From an uncultured Pseudomonadota bacterium (GTDB lineage: Bacteria; Desulfobacterota; Binatia; Binatales; Binataceae): a stretch of 64,000 bases of DNA. This document shows positions 48,575-59,152 of the stretch, piece by piece. Under the pieces are notes generated by a model. That model saw only the letters and a list, made by a program, of their open reading frames with translations. It did not search any database and was not told the DNA's origin. The DNA lies in contig CAWDWL010000005.1 in NCBI GenBank assembly GCA_963805995.1, positions 479,509-543,508 of the forward strand, in the 5' to 3' direction. Every line of letters starts with the position of its first letter. Position 1 is the stretch's first letter. Position numbers and translations under genes: made by a program.

Positions 48575-49198
48575 CTAAATCAGGTATACGAAGGTGAAAA
48601 TCAGGATCCAGACCAGATCGACGAAATGCCAGTAAAGTCCCACCGCCTCAACCAACCCGTATTTTGAGTGGTTGATCTGTCCGGCCATACCGCGCAGCAG
48701 AACAACGCTCAGCAAGACGACGCCGCCGAACACGTGGCAGCCGTGAAACCCGGTCAGGATAAAGAATGTCGCGCTGAACAGGCTGGTCTTGATCGACAAT
48801 CCCTCGGTGCCGATCAGATGCGTCCATTCGCGCGCCTGCAAACCAAGAAAGATGGCTCCTCCGAGAACCGTCAAGGCCATAAACAGGCGGAATCTCGACT
48901 GGTCATCGCGCTTGATTGCGGACAACGCCTCAACCATCGTGAGACTGCTGCAGATCAGGACGAAGGTCATCACCGCGGTTGACGGGATACCGAGGATCGT
49001 CGAGGGTATGGGCCAGTTCATGTTGCCGATCCGCAAGGAGCCGTAGGCGGCGATCGCCGCCCCGAAGGTCATCGCGTCGGCGGCCAGGAACAACCACATC
49101 CCGAGCTTCCCCATACTGTCGGGCGTTAATGGCGCCTCAAGGGGTTCAACATGTGGTGCAGGTTGCAGATGGGGATCGACGGTCGCGGCCTCGCTCAT
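48575..49198 (-). CDS. ctaE: cytochrome c oxidase subunit III
   Basis: Heme-copper oxidase subunit III fold (...GFHGCHVFGGVVLL...YWHFVDLVWILIF). Confidence 0.85.
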   Translation of the reverse strand: MSEAATVDPHLQPAPHVEPLEAPLTPDSMGKLGMWLFLAADAMTFGAAIAAYGSLRIGNMNWPIPSTILGIPSTAVMTFVLICSSLTMVEALSAIKRDDQSRFRLFMALTVLGGAIFLGLQAREWTHLIGTEGLSIKTSLFSATFFILTGFHGCHVFGGVVLLSVVLLRGMAGQINHSKYGLVEAVGLYWHFVDLVWILIFTFVYLI

Positions 49199-49255
49199 CT
49201 CTGTTGTCTCCTGATGAATGCTGTCCTTGACAATCCCGGCTTCGGACCCGCCGGT

Positions 49256-49513
49256 TTAGCGATTGGGAACGGGTTGGCTTGCTTCAATGTTGCGGCGCCG
49301 GCAGGCGTTGCGATAGGCGAAGAAGGCCACCGCCGCGCCGATGAGGAAAATCGCATAGGGCACCGCCATCATGAAGATAACGCTGGTGGTATAGGCGCGG
49401 TCGTCCGGCAAGCCGCACGTCGCACAGGCGTAGGCATTGCGCGCCGTTGCGGCGGTCAGCGCGACGGCCAGCGCCACCAACCATTTACCTTGAAAAAGCT
49501 GCTTCACCTTCAT
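49256..49513 (-). CDS. small membrane protein with a periplasmic CATCG (CxxC) motif
   Basis: 85 aa from MKVKQLFQGKWLVALAVALTAATARNAYACATCGLPDD with a C-terminal transmembrane helix. Position inside the oxidase operon only. Confidence 0.35.
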   Translation of the reverse strand: MKVKQLFQGKWLVALAVALTAATARNAYACATCGLPDDRAYTTSVIFMMAVPYAIFLIGAAVAFFAYRNACRRRNIEASQPVPNR

Positions 49514-49532
49514 CTCACGACCCTCGCTCGGT

Positions 49533-50183
49533 CTAAAAATAGACCAGAAAAAAAAGCAGCGGCCATACTGCACAAACGAAGTACCAGTAGATCGCGCAAA
49601 GCTCAACCCGACTGTGCCGGAAAACCGTAAAGCGGCCCATCATCGCCGCGATGAACACCCCAATCAACCACAGCACCGCGCATAGCACATGAAACCCGTG
49701 CAATCCGATAAGCGTGTAGAAGGTCGCGCCATAGGTGCCGCTGGTAATATGCAAACCGTGAGCTACCAGCCGGATCCACTCACCCCCCTGAACTGCCAGG
49801 AAAGTAGTGCCAAGGATCACCGTGACGCCTAACCATAAACGAAGACGGCTGGGCCGGTTGCGCCGTATCGAGCGCACCGCCAGGTTCATGGTCACGGCGC
49901 TGCTGAGCAATACGAAGGTGTTGATCCAGGTTACCTGGAGCGGGAGCCGCGGGAGTCCCGGCGGCGGCCAGAACGGCGCACTAAGCTTGTAGACCAGAAA
50001 CGAGCCGATGAAGCCGGCAAACAGCATCGCTTCGGACGCCAGGAGAACCAGCACGGCCAGGCGGCCATTGCTGATTATCGGCGCCTCCCGGCCGCTGCCG
50101 CCCCCCGGCGGGCCGTCGCCAAAACGAGGCCGTCCCGGTAAGGGTTTGATTCGGATTACCGCCGCGGTGGATGGTTGTGCCAT
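49533..50183 (-). CDS. second heme-copper oxidase subunit III-family protein (paralog)
   Basis: ...GLHGFHVLCAVLWLIGVFIA...YWYFVCAVWPLLFF, a subunit III-like fold with seven transmembrane helices. Confidence 0.75.
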   Translation of the reverse strand: MAQPSTAAVIRIKPLPGRPRFGDGPPGGGSGREAPIISNGRLAVLVLLASEAMLFAGFIGSFLVYKLSAPFWPPPGLPRLPLQVTWINTFVLLSSAVTMNLAVRSIRRNRPSRLRLWLGVTVILGTTFLAVQGGEWIRLVAHGLHITSGTYGATFYTLIGLHGFHVLCAVLWLIGVFIAAMMGRFTVFRHSRVELCAIYWYFVCAVWPLLFFLVYF

Positions 50184-50323
50184 ATCAACTATGTGTCAGC
50201 ACGGTGACTATCGAAACCGCCACCAGGAATAACACCACGCCAATCAGGAGTAGCCCGAGCTTTCGATTGCGTTGATCCGCCCCATCCGCGGTCCGCGGTG
50301 CTGTCCTCGCCATCGCCATGGTC

Positions 50324-51223
50324 CTAGATCTTGTCCAGCACCATCAAGAGCAACAGCACTGGAAGGTAAATCAACGAGGCAATCATTACACGCCGGGCGC
50401 CGATGCGGCCGGGGCTGGCAGCGAACTGAAATTCGCTGCTTAGCAGCAGACCGCCCATCGCCAACGCAACCACAAAATAAGTCAGCCCGGCAAACCCGAA
50501 TAGCGTCGGCAGCAACGCCACCACCATCAGCACCAGCGTATTGATCACCATCTGCCCGCCGGTCGCGCGGCCGTCGGGATCTTCGGTGCCGAGCAAGTGG
50601 ATACCGGCCCGATTGTAATCATCACGATACAGTTGAGCTATCGCCAGCGTATGCGGCAACTGCCACAGGTAAATGACCGCGAACAAAATCCAGGCCGGGG
50701 CTCCGATACTGCCACGCGTCGCGGCCCATCCGGCCACCGGCGGCAGGGCGCCCGGAATCGCGCCGACCGCGGTGCATAGCGATGAGACCCGCTTAAGTGG
50801 TGTGTAAATCGCCAGATAAGTCACGGTGATCGCGCCGGTCACCGCCGCACAAGGTCCGTTGACGGCGAAGTAAAGGTAAGCGAATCCCGCGGCGGCCAGC
50901 GCAATTCCAAACCACAGCGCCTCTGCGGGATGGAGATTGCCCGCCGGCAGGGGGCGATGACGCGTGCGCTCCATCCGCGCATCGAGATCGCGCTCCATGT
51001 ATTGATTGAGCGAAAGCGTGCCGCCGGCCGCCATCGCGGTCCCCAGTACCAGATCCAGCGCCAGGCGCAGATCGAAATGTCCCGTTGAGCCCAGATAAAG
51101 GCCGGTCAACGTTGCCACCAGAATCATCGTCAAAACGCGGGGCTTGACCAACGCCACATAGTAAATCACCCGCGGCCGGGTGTGCGGCAATTCCAATCCC
51201 AGCGTCGCCACCTGTTGATTCAT
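50324..51223 (-). CDS. ctaB: protoheme IX farnesyltransferase (heme O synthase)
   Basis: UbiA-family motifs (NQYMERDLDARMERTRHRPLP). Confidence 0.85.
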   Translation of the reverse strand: MNQQVATLGLELPHTRPRVIYYVALVKPRVLTMILVATLTGLYLGSTGHFDLRLALDLVLGTAMAAGGTLSLNQYMERDLDARMERTRHRPLPAGNLHPAEALWFGIALAAAGFAYLYFAVNGPCAAVTGAITVTYLAIYTPLKRVSSLCTAVGAIPGALPPVAGWAATRGSIGAPAWILFAVIYLWQLPHTLAIAQLYRDDYNRAGIHLLGTEDPDGRATGGQMVINTLVLMVVALLPTLFGFAGLTYFVVALAMGGLLLSSEFQFAASPGRIGARRVMIASLIYLPVLLLLMVLDKI

Positions 51224-52239
51224 GCGGTAACTCGCCGTCCGAGAGCGCCGGCAGGAGCACGGGCACCGGACAATTCCCTGCCGACCTGTTCTACCAATCT
51301 CCCATCAATCAATCGATATGCCCGCAGTGTCAGGGCCAGGCTGGTGGCCAGCAGGGCGGCGCCCACCGCCACATGCGACGTGGTCGGAATCACCGCGCGG
51401 CCGCTTAAGATTGTCATCGCACCCAAGGTAATCTGCACTGTCAGCAGGACCAGCATCGCAACCGCCGGGCGGCGCAACGACGAATCCCGCCGGTAGCTGC
51501 GCAACACCTGGATCGACGTCCAACAAACAAAGACGCTGACCACAATCGCGCCCACCCGATGTGCAAAGTTGATTTGCTCGGGGAGCGACTCCAAAGGGGG
51601 CAGGATCTTGCCGAACGCCAAGGGAAAATCGGGAATCGCCAGCCCGGCTCCCATGTGCCTCATCACCGCGCCAATCAGCATTTGCGAATAGATCACCGCG
51701 GTAGTAACGGCGGCCAGGAGCGGCAGGCGGGGCCATTCTCGGGCGGATTTCACAGCTGGGAACGTTTGCCACGTTGGATTGGTGAACAGCGCCAGGGCGA
51801 CGACCAGGCAAAAGAACGCTTGCGCGGTCGCCGCATGGCTGACCGCAATCGCCAAGGGCAGAAGCAGGAGAACCGTCAAACCACCCAAAACCGCCTGGAC
51901 CATCACCAAGCCGAAGGCCAACAGCGCCAAGTTACGGACGAATCGGCGCGATTCGCTCCGCCAGGCCCAAATCGCCAGCCCGAGCGTCATCAGCGCGACC
52001 GTGCCGGCGATCATGCGATGGCCGTGCTCGTAAAGCACCCCGCCTTGCATTTTGGGAAAGAATTTGCCGAACGACAGCGGCCAGTCCGGCACCGCCAACG
52101 CGGAGCCCGTGGAGGTCACCAGTCCGCCCACGAATATCAATATGAAAGTAGCCGCGACCAGCAGCCGCGCGTAACGATGGAGCCCGGGCAACCCGGCGGC
52201 GGGTTGGGGCTCACGGGGCCGCGGAGCTTTGTTGGTCAT
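51220..52239 (-). CDS. ctaA: heme A synthase (COX15/CtaA)
   Basis: COX15 eight-transmembrane fold with conserved His pairs (EHGHRMIAG, SHVAVGAAL). Confidence 0.8.
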   Translation of the reverse strand: MTNKAPRPREPQPAAGLPGLHRYARLLVAATFILIFVGGLVTSTGSALAVPDWPLSFGKFFPKMQGGVLYEHGHRMIAGTVALMTLGLAIWAWRSESRRFVRNLALLAFGLVMVQAVLGGLTVLLLLPLAIAVSHAATAQAFFCLVVALALFTNPTWQTFPAVKSAREWPRLPLLAAVTTAVIYSQMLIGAVMRHMGAGLAIPDFPLAFGKILPPLESLPEQINFAHRVGAIVVSVFVCWTSIQVLRSYRRDSSLRRPAVAMLVLLTVQITLGAMTILSGRAVIPTTSHVAVGAALLATSLALTLRAYRLIDGRLVEQVGRELSGARAPAGALGRRVTA

Positions 52240-52293
52240 CTCGATCTGTGTCCATCCGGGCCAAATTTTCAGGACCGGAAGAGTTCAGGGCAA

Positions 52294-54051
52294 TTACCGC
52301 GCCACCGCCGCTTTGCCGGTCAGCTCAACGTTCTGGGGCAGATAGTCTTCTTCGGTCAGGGGTGAACTGTATTCATAGGGGCCATGATAAACGATCGGCA
52401 CCGGGCCGTCCCAGTTGCCATGGCCAAACGGCGGCGACGTCGTGGTCCATTCCAAGGTGTTGGCCTGCCACGGATTGTCGGCGGCCTTCTTGCCTTTAGC
52501 CAGGCTCCAGATGATGTTTGCCAGCAGCAGGAACTGGGCAGCGCCGAGAACGAAGGCGCTGATCGAAATGAAGATGTTGATGGGCTGAAGCGGCTTCAGA
52601 AAATCGTACTGAAGCGGGTTGTAGATGCGGCGCATGTGACCGTTCATTCCCAGGATGTGCATCGGGAAAAAGGTGCAGTTGAACGCGATGAACGAGATCC
52701 AGAAATGGATCTTGGCCAAGGTCTCGTTCATCATGCGGCCGAACATCTTGGGAAACCAGTAGATGATGGCGGCGAAGAACCCGAACAGGCTGCCGCCGAA
52801 CAGCACGTAATGGATGTGGGCGACGATGAAATAGGTATCGTGGATGTACATATCCACCGGCGTGGAAGCCATGAAGATCCCCGACAACCCGCCGATCACG
52901 AACATCGCCACGAAGGCCAGCGCGTTCATCATCGCGGCAGTGTAATGAATGTTGCCCTTGTAAATGGTGCCCAGCCAGTTGAAGGTCTTAATCGCCGACG
53001 GCACTCCGATAATCATGGTCGAGATCATGAAGCCGCTGCCCAGCGCCGGATTCATCCCCGACTGGAACATGTGATGGCCCCACACTACCCACGACAGGAA
53101 CGCAATTGCCGCCATCGCGTAAGCCATCGCCCGATAGCCGAAAATCGGCTTGCGCGAGAAGGTGGCGATTACTTCCGACGCCATCCCCATCGCCGGCAGA
53201 ATCATGATGTAAACCTCGGGATGGCCGAAGAACCAGAACAGATGCTGCCACAGCAGCGGCTCGCCGCCTCCGGACGGGATGAAGAAGTGAGTTCCGGCCA
53301 GGCGGTCGAATAGCAGCAGCGCGAGCGCCGTGGTGAGCACGGGAAGCGCCAGCAAGAGCAAAATCGCGGTGATAAACAGCGACCAGATCACCAAGGGCAG
53401 GCGGAAGAACGTCATCCCTTTGGTCCGCATGTTGATGACCGTGGTGATGTAGTTAAGCGATCCCATCAGGGAGGATACGCCCAGCACGATGAGGCTGATG
53501 CACCAGAGGTTTTGGCCCCAATCAACCCCGGTATAGACCGGAACGGCGCTCAACGGGGCGTAAGAAGTCCATCCGGCGGCGGCCGGTCCGCCGGTGACGA
53601 AGAACGACGAAAGCATGATCCCCGCGGCGACCGCGCCGATCCAGAATGAGAGCATGTTGAGGACCGGGAAGGCCATGTCGCGCGCGCCAATCATCAGCGG
53701 AATCAGGAAATTGCCGTAACACCCGACCAGGATTGGCATGATCACGAAGAAGATCATGATCGTCGCGTGCATCGTGAACATCGAGTTATAGGTGTTGGGG
53801 GGAATGGCGCCGTCATACATGTAGGGTTCGGGCACCCAATGCATGAACGGGACGGCGCTTTCAGGCCACGCCAGCTCCCATCGCATCAGCATCGCCATCA
53901 GCCCGCCGATCGACATCATGAACAGCGCCACGAACAAAAACTGTCGCGCGATCATCTTGTGATCGGTCGAGAAGAGGTAGGTTCTGACGAAGCCGTGCTG
54001 ATGATGCTCAGCATGCTCTGAGTGAATCGCCGCAACCGGAGTGCTACTCAT
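52294..54051 (-). CDS. ctaD: cytochrome c oxidase subunit I
   Basis: Full 12-transmembrane subunit I with heme and CuB His ligands (WFFGHPEVY ... HHMF). Confidence 0.9.
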   Translation of the reverse strand: MSSTPVAAIHSEHAEHHQHGFVRTYLFSTDHKMIARQFLFVALFMMSIGGLMAMLMRWELAWPESAVPFMHWVPEPYMYDGAIPPNTYNSMFTMHATIMIFFVIMPILVGCYGNFLIPLMIGARDMAFPVLNMLSFWIGAVAAGIMLSSFFVTGGPAAAGWTSYAPLSAVPVYTGVDWGQNLWCISLIVLGVSSLMGSLNYITTVINMRTKGMTFFRLPLVIWSLFITAILLLLALPVLTTALALLLFDRLAGTHFFIPSGGGEPLLWQHLFWFFGHPEVYIMILPAMGMASEVIATFSRKPIFGYRAMAYAMAAIAFLSWVVWGHHMFQSGMNPALGSGFMISTMIIGVPSAIKTFNWLGTIYKGNIHYTAAMMNALAFVAMFVIGGLSGIFMASTPVDMYIHDTYFIVAHIHYVLFGGSLFGFFAAIIYWFPKMFGRMMNETLAKIHFWISFIAFNCTFFPMHILGMNGHMRRIYNPLQYDFLKPLQPINIFISISAFVLGAAQFLLLANIIWSLAKGKKAADNPWQANTLEWTTTSPPFGHGNWDGPVPIVYHGPYEYSSPLTEEDYLPQNVELTGKAAVAR

Positions 54052-54113
54052 AAATCCGATCCTTTTAGCTTAAACGAAGGCGTTTCGCCTGTAAGGAATC
54101 CGTCAAGCCTGCT

Positions 54114-54779
54114 TTACTTGGCGGCGTACTTGTCCTTGAGCCAGTGCTCGTAGTCTTGCTGGGACTGAACGTACAACTCACCCTTCATTCCCGAATGGCC
54201 GAACCCGCACAGCTGCGAACACGGGATCTCGTAATCGCCGATCTTGGTGACCTCGAACCAGACGTGGATATTGCGGCCCGGAACGGCGTCCTGCCTGAGC
54301 CGAATCCACGGCACGAAAAAGCTATGGATAACGTCCTTGGAGGTGAGTTCGAACCGCACCACCTTATTGACCGGCACATGAAAGTCGTTTTCCACAGTCA
54401 CGTCGTCGGGCGTCCCCAGCTTGCCATCGGGACCCGGATAGGTGATTTCCCAGTTGAATTGCTTGGCCGTGACCTTGAAGAAAACGTCGCCCGGCGGTCC
54501 CTGCTCCTTGATGTTTGCCCAGGTGGAGCGGCTCAGCAGGGCCAGGGCAATCAGGACAACTGCGGTCGCCGTCGTCCATAGCACTTCCAGGCGCGAATTG
54601 CCCTCGATATAGGTGGCCTTGCGTCCGGGTTTGGTCCGGTAGCGCACCATAAAGCTGATCATGGCGATCGTGACCAGAATCCAGACGACCACGACGATCC
54701 AGAAAATCAGCGTGAACAAGAAATCGATGCGCGACGAATAGGTGGATATCCCCTCAGGCAACCAAAGATGATCGAGCAT
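54114..54779 (-). CDS. ctaC: cytochrome c oxidase subunit II (aa3-type, no fused cytochrome c domain)
   Basis: CuA motif HSFFVP...CSQLCGFGHSGM. Confidence 0.85.
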   Translation of the reverse strand: MLDHLWLPEGISTYSSRIDFLFTLIFWIVVVVWILVTIAMISFMVRYRTKPGRKATYIEGNSRLEVLWTTATAVVLIALALLSRSTWANIKEQGPPGDVFFKVTAKQFNWEITYPGPDGKLGTPDDVTVENDFHVPVNKVVRFELTSKDVIHSFFVPWIRLRQDAVPGRNIHVWFEVTKIGDYEIPCSQLCGFGHSGMKGELYVQSQQDYEHWLKDKYAAK

Positions 54780-55130
54780 GTGGGCGACCCTTTAGATCTC
54801 CTTTTTAACGTGCCACCGGCGAACATCGACAGTGACGAAACGCACCTGCAACCTCGGCCCGGCGAACCATTATGCGGATGCGGCTTGGATTAAGGAAATG
54901 AAAAAACCAAGGTTCCTCCGGCAAGCCGGTCTAATGTACCCCGGCTTCAAAGCCGGCACCGTCCCCGCAATTTCCGGCACGCTAGGACGAACCAAAAAAT
55001 ATTTCAAGTACCATTTTGTGTCGATAGACCCCGACGCGCTCCGGCGGGTCCGCTTGGTATCCAGCGCTTTTCGGGCTAAATAGGCGCCTGCAGCGCCCGG
55101 ACAGAGTGTTCCCAGGAGACTTTAATTCCG

Positions 55131-56912
55131 ATGACCTCAGCGCCTTCCATCGCCCATCTCTTTGAACGGACCGCCGAAAAATACGGCGCCCGAGCATTCC
55201 TCAAGGAGAAACGCGATCGTTCCTGGATCGACTTTTCCTGGACTCAGATCGCCGCATCGAGCCGGCGGATGCGCGCCGGACTCCTGAAACTGGGCCTCAA
55301 GCCAGGGGATCGGATCGCAATCCTGGCCGAAAACTGCCCGCAATGGGTGATCACGGATCTCGCTGTGCTCGGTATGGGCGCGGTGGTGGTGCCGCTTTAC
55401 CCGACCAGTTCCGCCGATGAAATCGAACATGTGCTGAGCGACTCGGGTACCCGCGCAATCGCGCTGCGAGGCAGCGAAAATCTGGAGAAAATTGTCGCTC
55501 TGGTCTCGCGGCTGCCCGATCTGCAAGCGCTGATTGCGATGGACAGCGAGTCGCCGCCGGCGGTGGACACGCCGCGTCCTATCGTCACAACGCTCCGGAG
55601 CCTGGACTCCTCGCCTGAAGCCCAACTTACCGAGGTCATTCACTCCGACGTCGCCACGATTATCTACACTTCCGGCACCACCGGGGCGTCCAAAGGCGTG
55701 GTCCTCACCCACGGCAACCTCCTGGCGAATTGCGAGGCGTCAAAGGCTGCGCTCGATTTGAATGAACAGGACGTAATCCTGTCGTTTCTGCCGATCGCGC
55801 ATTCCTTCGAACGAACCGCCGGTTATTACACCGTGCTGACCGCGGGCGGCACTATCGCCTATGCGGAAGGACTGGGCCAAATCGCGCAAAACCTGCTCGA
55901 GATCAACCCAAGCGTGGTCTTGACCGTACCGCGCCTGCTGGAAGTCATCCACACCCGGGTGCTGCGCACGGTGGAGAAGTCATCTCCGATTCGCCGGCGC
56001 CTGTTCGCTCTGGCGTTGGCAACGGGGCAGCGCGCGGCCAGCTACCGGTTCCGCGGGCGCTCGGTGCCGCCCCATCTGGCGGCCGCGATGGCGCTGTTTC
56101 GCGCCGTCGTCTTTGCGCGGATCACCGGGCTGTTCGGCAAGCGTCTGCGTTACCTGATTTCAGGCGGCGCGCCGCTGCCCAGGGAAATCTTCGAGTTTTT
56201 CTCCGCCGCCGAGATCCCCATCGTCGAGGGCTATGGTCTGACCGAGGCGTCGCCGGTAGTCGCCGTAAATTTGCACGGACAGACGCGGCCCGGCACCGTG
56301 GGCCGCCCCCTTAATGGGGTGCGGGTGAAGCTGGCGGAGGACGGGGAATTATTAGTTCACGGCGCCAATGTGATGAAGGGCTACTTCAAGCTGGAGGAGG
56401 ACACCCGCCAGGCGCTGAGCCCCGACGGCTGGCTGCACACCGGAGATATCGCGGCAATCGACGCCGAAGGCTTCATCGCCATCCGCGATCGCAAAAAAGA
56501 GATCATTGTCCTGTCAGGAGGAAAGAACGTCTCTCCGGCGGCATTGGAAGCCAAGCTGCTGCGCGATCCGCTGATCGCCCAGGCCTGCGTGCTGGGCGAC
56601 CGGCGCAAGCACGTATCCGCGTTGATCGTGCCCGACTTCGAGCAACTTGCGGAAGCGATCAAGCCCGAAGGAGTCGAGACCAAACCGTATGAGGCTTTAG
56701 TCGAAGAACCCAAGGTCAGAGCGCTGTACCAAAAGCTCTTGCGCCAGCTCAATCGCAACCTGGCCGATTACGAAGCGATCAGCGCGTTCCGGCTCATCGC
56801 AACTCCGTTTTCACAGGATCGCAACGAACTCACTCCGACCTTGAAACTGCGCCGCAAAATAGTCCTGGAGCACTATCGGCGCGACGTCGAAAGCATGTAC
56901 GACGGAAGCTGA
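55131..56912 (+). CDS. long-chain fatty acid--CoA ligase (AMP-dependent synthetase)
   Basis: AMP-binding motif YTSGTTGASKGV and C-terminal adenylation motifs. Confidence 0.8.
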   Translation: MTSAPSIAHLFERTAEKYGARAFLKEKRDRSWIDFSWTQIAASSRRMRAGLLKLGLKPGDRIAILAENCPQWVITDLAVLGMGAVVVPLYPTSSADEIEHVLSDSGTRAIALRGSENLEKIVALVSRLPDLQALIAMDSESPPAVDTPRPIVTTLRSLDSSPEAQLTEVIHSDVATIIYTSGTTGASKGVVLTHGNLLANCEASKAALDLNEQDVILSFLPIAHSFERTAGYYTVLTAGGTIAYAEGLGQIAQNLLEINPSVVLTVPRLLEVIHTRVLRTVEKSSPIRRRLFALALATGQRAASYRFRGRSVPPHLAAAMALFRAVVFARITGLFGKRLRYLISGGAPLPREIFEFFSAAEIPIVEGYGLTEASPVVAVNLHGQTRPGTVGRPLNGVRVKLAEDGELLVHGANVMKGYFKLEEDTRQALSPDGWLHTGDIAAIDAEGFIAIRDRKKEIIVLSGGKNVSPAALEAKLLRDPLIAQACVLGDRRKHVSALIVPDFEQLAEAIKPEGVETKPYEALVEEPKVRALYQKLLRQLNRNLADYEAISAFRLIATPFSQDRNELTPTLKLRRKIVLEHYRRDVESMYDGS

Positions 56913-56973
56913 CCCGGTGGTTCCAACGTCCTAACAAAGTTCAAATCCCGGATGCAATTAACGGCGCCGCCAG

Positions 56974-57531
56974 CTACGCCTGCGGGTTCACGAACACCGC
57001 GGCCGCGACCACCGTAGTCCACAGTCCCTCGCGATCGCCGATGGCCGACTGGGTCACGTTGCGCGTGCTGATGATCTTGTCCGACATTCTCCAGATGTCC
57101 TTGCGCTCGTCGTAACTGGAATTGAGGTCGAAATCGACGCCCAAAATCGTGGCCAACATGGTCGCGGCAAGATCCTCGGCATAATCGCCGGCCTTCTGAT
57201 CGGTCTCACCGAAACTCTTGTGCTCCGACAGGTAGCCGTACTGAGCCGGATCGCTGGGAATCGCCAGTCCGACCGACGAGGCGACCAGGCGATGGGGCTC
57301 ATTAGTGGCATTGTCGTACATTACCGCATAAACGACCTGGCCCGGACTGAGATGCTTAAGCCCCTCCTGTATCGGGATCACTTTGCAATGCGGCGGGAAG
57401 ATCGAGCTGACCCGCACGATATTGAACTCCGCGATCTTGGCGTCGCGCAATGCGACCTCGAAGGAAGTAAGCTTTTCACGGTGCCGGCCGACACCTTTGG
57501 TCAGGAAAATATTTTTCGCAACCGGTCCCAT
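56974..57531 (-). CDS. pdaD: pyruvoyl-dependent arginine decarboxylase
   Basis: About 180 aa with an [10 protein letters not shown] self-cleavage site (Ser-Ser), as in archaeal PdaD (LIRISSIMPP), plus a TKGVG N-terminus. Confidence 0.7.
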   Translation of the reverse strand: MGPVAKNIFLTKGVGRHREKLTSFEVALRDAKIAEFNIVRVSSIFPPHCKVIPIQEGLKHLSPGQVVYAVMYDNATNEPHRLVASSVGLAIPSDPAQYGYLSEHKSFGETDQKAGDYAEDLAATMLATILGVDFDLNSSYDERKDIWRMSDKIISTRNVTQSAIGDREGLWTTVVAAAVFVNPQA

Positions 57532-57685
57532 TTTTCCTCTAACGGATGCTGTGACAATTATTTCGCAGCGGCTGAATCAATCGCGGCTTACTTGCAAGCC
57601 ATTGACAAACCCGAATCCGCGCAAGCCCTAAACTATAGCAGCGAACTATTACTCAAGCGTTACGCAAAGGTGAAGATAATCGCGA

Positions 57686-58942
57686 TTACCCCGTCGTTCG
57701 CTGCCCGGCGAGAACCGGGTCCTGCCCCAGCACTCCTTGCGCGGCCAGTTCGCGGATGCGCTCGGCGGTAAAGCCCAAATCCTTGGATAGGATCGCGTGG
57801 TTGTCCTCACCGAGCATCGCCACCCGTTGGGTGATTCTGGTCGGCGTCTCCGACATGTGATAGGGCGTGCGCGGCAGCATCATCAGCCCGCTGCCCGGCA
57901 GGTCCACCGGCTGCAGGATGTCGCGGCTATTAATCTGGGGATGGTTAATCGCTTCGGGAACGCTCAGCACCGGAGCGGCGATCAAACCGGATTCGCGGAT
58001 GAAGCTGATCGCGTCGTCGCGTTTCCTGAAATTTTTCGTGACCCATTTTTGAACCATCTCGGCCAGCTCGTAGCGGTTCTCGGAACGCAGCCGCAACGTG
58101 GCAAAGCGAGGGTCGTCCTTAAGCTCCGGCATCCCGGAGATCTTGATAAACAGGTCCCAATAGTGGTCCAGCACGACCATGATGAAGTAACCGTCTTCGG
58201 TTTTGTAATAACCGTGCGGCGTGGGACCATTGCGATGGCTGCCAAAGGGCTTCGGAGCATCGCCCGCCTGATCGCCTGCCAGGTATTCGCATAGCGTGTT
58301 ATCGTGCAGGTTGAATATGCATTCGCTCAGGCACAGATCGATGTATTGTCCGCGGCCCGATTTCTCCCGGTAGTAAAGCGCGGCGCTGATCGCGCCGAAG
58401 GCGTTAACTCCGGCGTTGCCGTCGGCGAAGTAAACCCCGCTGAACACCGGCATCCCGTCGCGGTTGCCGGTCAACGACGTGACCCCGGCGGTGGCCTGCG
58501 CGATAGCGTCAGTGGCCGGCAGCTTGGCCATCGGCCCGGTCTGGCCAAAGCCCGATACCGAGCACATTATCAGCCGCGGGTTGATTGGTTTAAGGTCCTC
58601 GTAGCCAAGTCCGTACTTCCCCAGCAGGCCGGGCGTCAGGTTTTCCAGGAAGACATCGAAATGAGGGAGCAAATCCCTGACCAGGGCGGCGCCTGCGGGA
58701 CGTTTGAAATCGATACACAGGCTGCCCTTGCCGCGATTGTAATATGCGTGCATCGGCGAGAAACGCGCCGGGGAAGTTACCCGGGGCATCGTTCCGCGGC
58801 CGTAGTCGCCGCTGGGCGGGAGTTCCAGCTTGACCACCTCGGCGCCCAAGTCGGACAGAATACGCCCCGCCACGGGCCCCGCGATATAATTGGTCGCTTC
58901 CAGTACCCGCACTCCGGCAAGGGCTTGAGCATCATTTGGCAT
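57686..58942 (-). CDS. family III CoA-transferase (CaiB/BaiF)
   Basis: N-terminal GVRVLEATNYIAGPVAGRILSDLGAEVVKLE and a full-length family III fold. Confidence 0.8.
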   Translation of the reverse strand: MPNDAQALAGVRVLEATNYIAGPVAGRILSDLGAEVVKLELPPSGDYGRGTMPRVTSPARFSPMHAYYNRGKGSLCIDFKRPAGAALVRDLLPHFDVFLENLTPGLLGKYGLGYEDLKPINPRLIMCSVSGFGQTGPMAKLPATDAIAQATAGVTSLTGNRDGMPVFSGVYFADGNAGVNAFGAISAALYYREKSGRGQYIDLCLSECIFNLHDNTLCEYLAGDQAGDAPKPFGSHRNGPTPHGYYKTEDGYFIMVVLDHYWDLFIKISGMPELKDDPRFATLRLRSENRYELAEMVQKWVTKNFRKRDDAISFIRESGLIAAPVLSVPEAINHPQINSRDILQPVDLPGSGLMMLPRTPYHMSETPTRITQRVAMLGEDNHAILSKDLGFTAERIRELAAQGVLGQDPVLAGQRTTG

Positions 58943-59152
58943 CGGCGACGGTTCCTTTCATCTCAAAGTGCGGCCATCAGGGATCGCTTTACGAACCTGA
59001 GGATTAATGGCCATACCAATCTGAATATCCCAAAACGCGCGGGGTTGGTAACGCTCCGCCTCCGCGCAGCGACAGTTTGACAAATCCGACCTGGAAGAGA
59101 TTTCCTAGCAGGGTGGCGGAAAAACGGGTTCTGAGACAGGTGTGATTGGCCC

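Noticed and set aside
51559-53313. Plus-strand ORFs of 268 and 309 aa
   Set aside because: Antisense to ctaA and ctaD, with charged or His/Arg-rich nonsense composition.
56921-56960. tRNA-like GTTCAAATCC motif
   Set aside because: The flanking sequence cannot form acceptor or T-arm stems and lacks CCA. It is a chance match.
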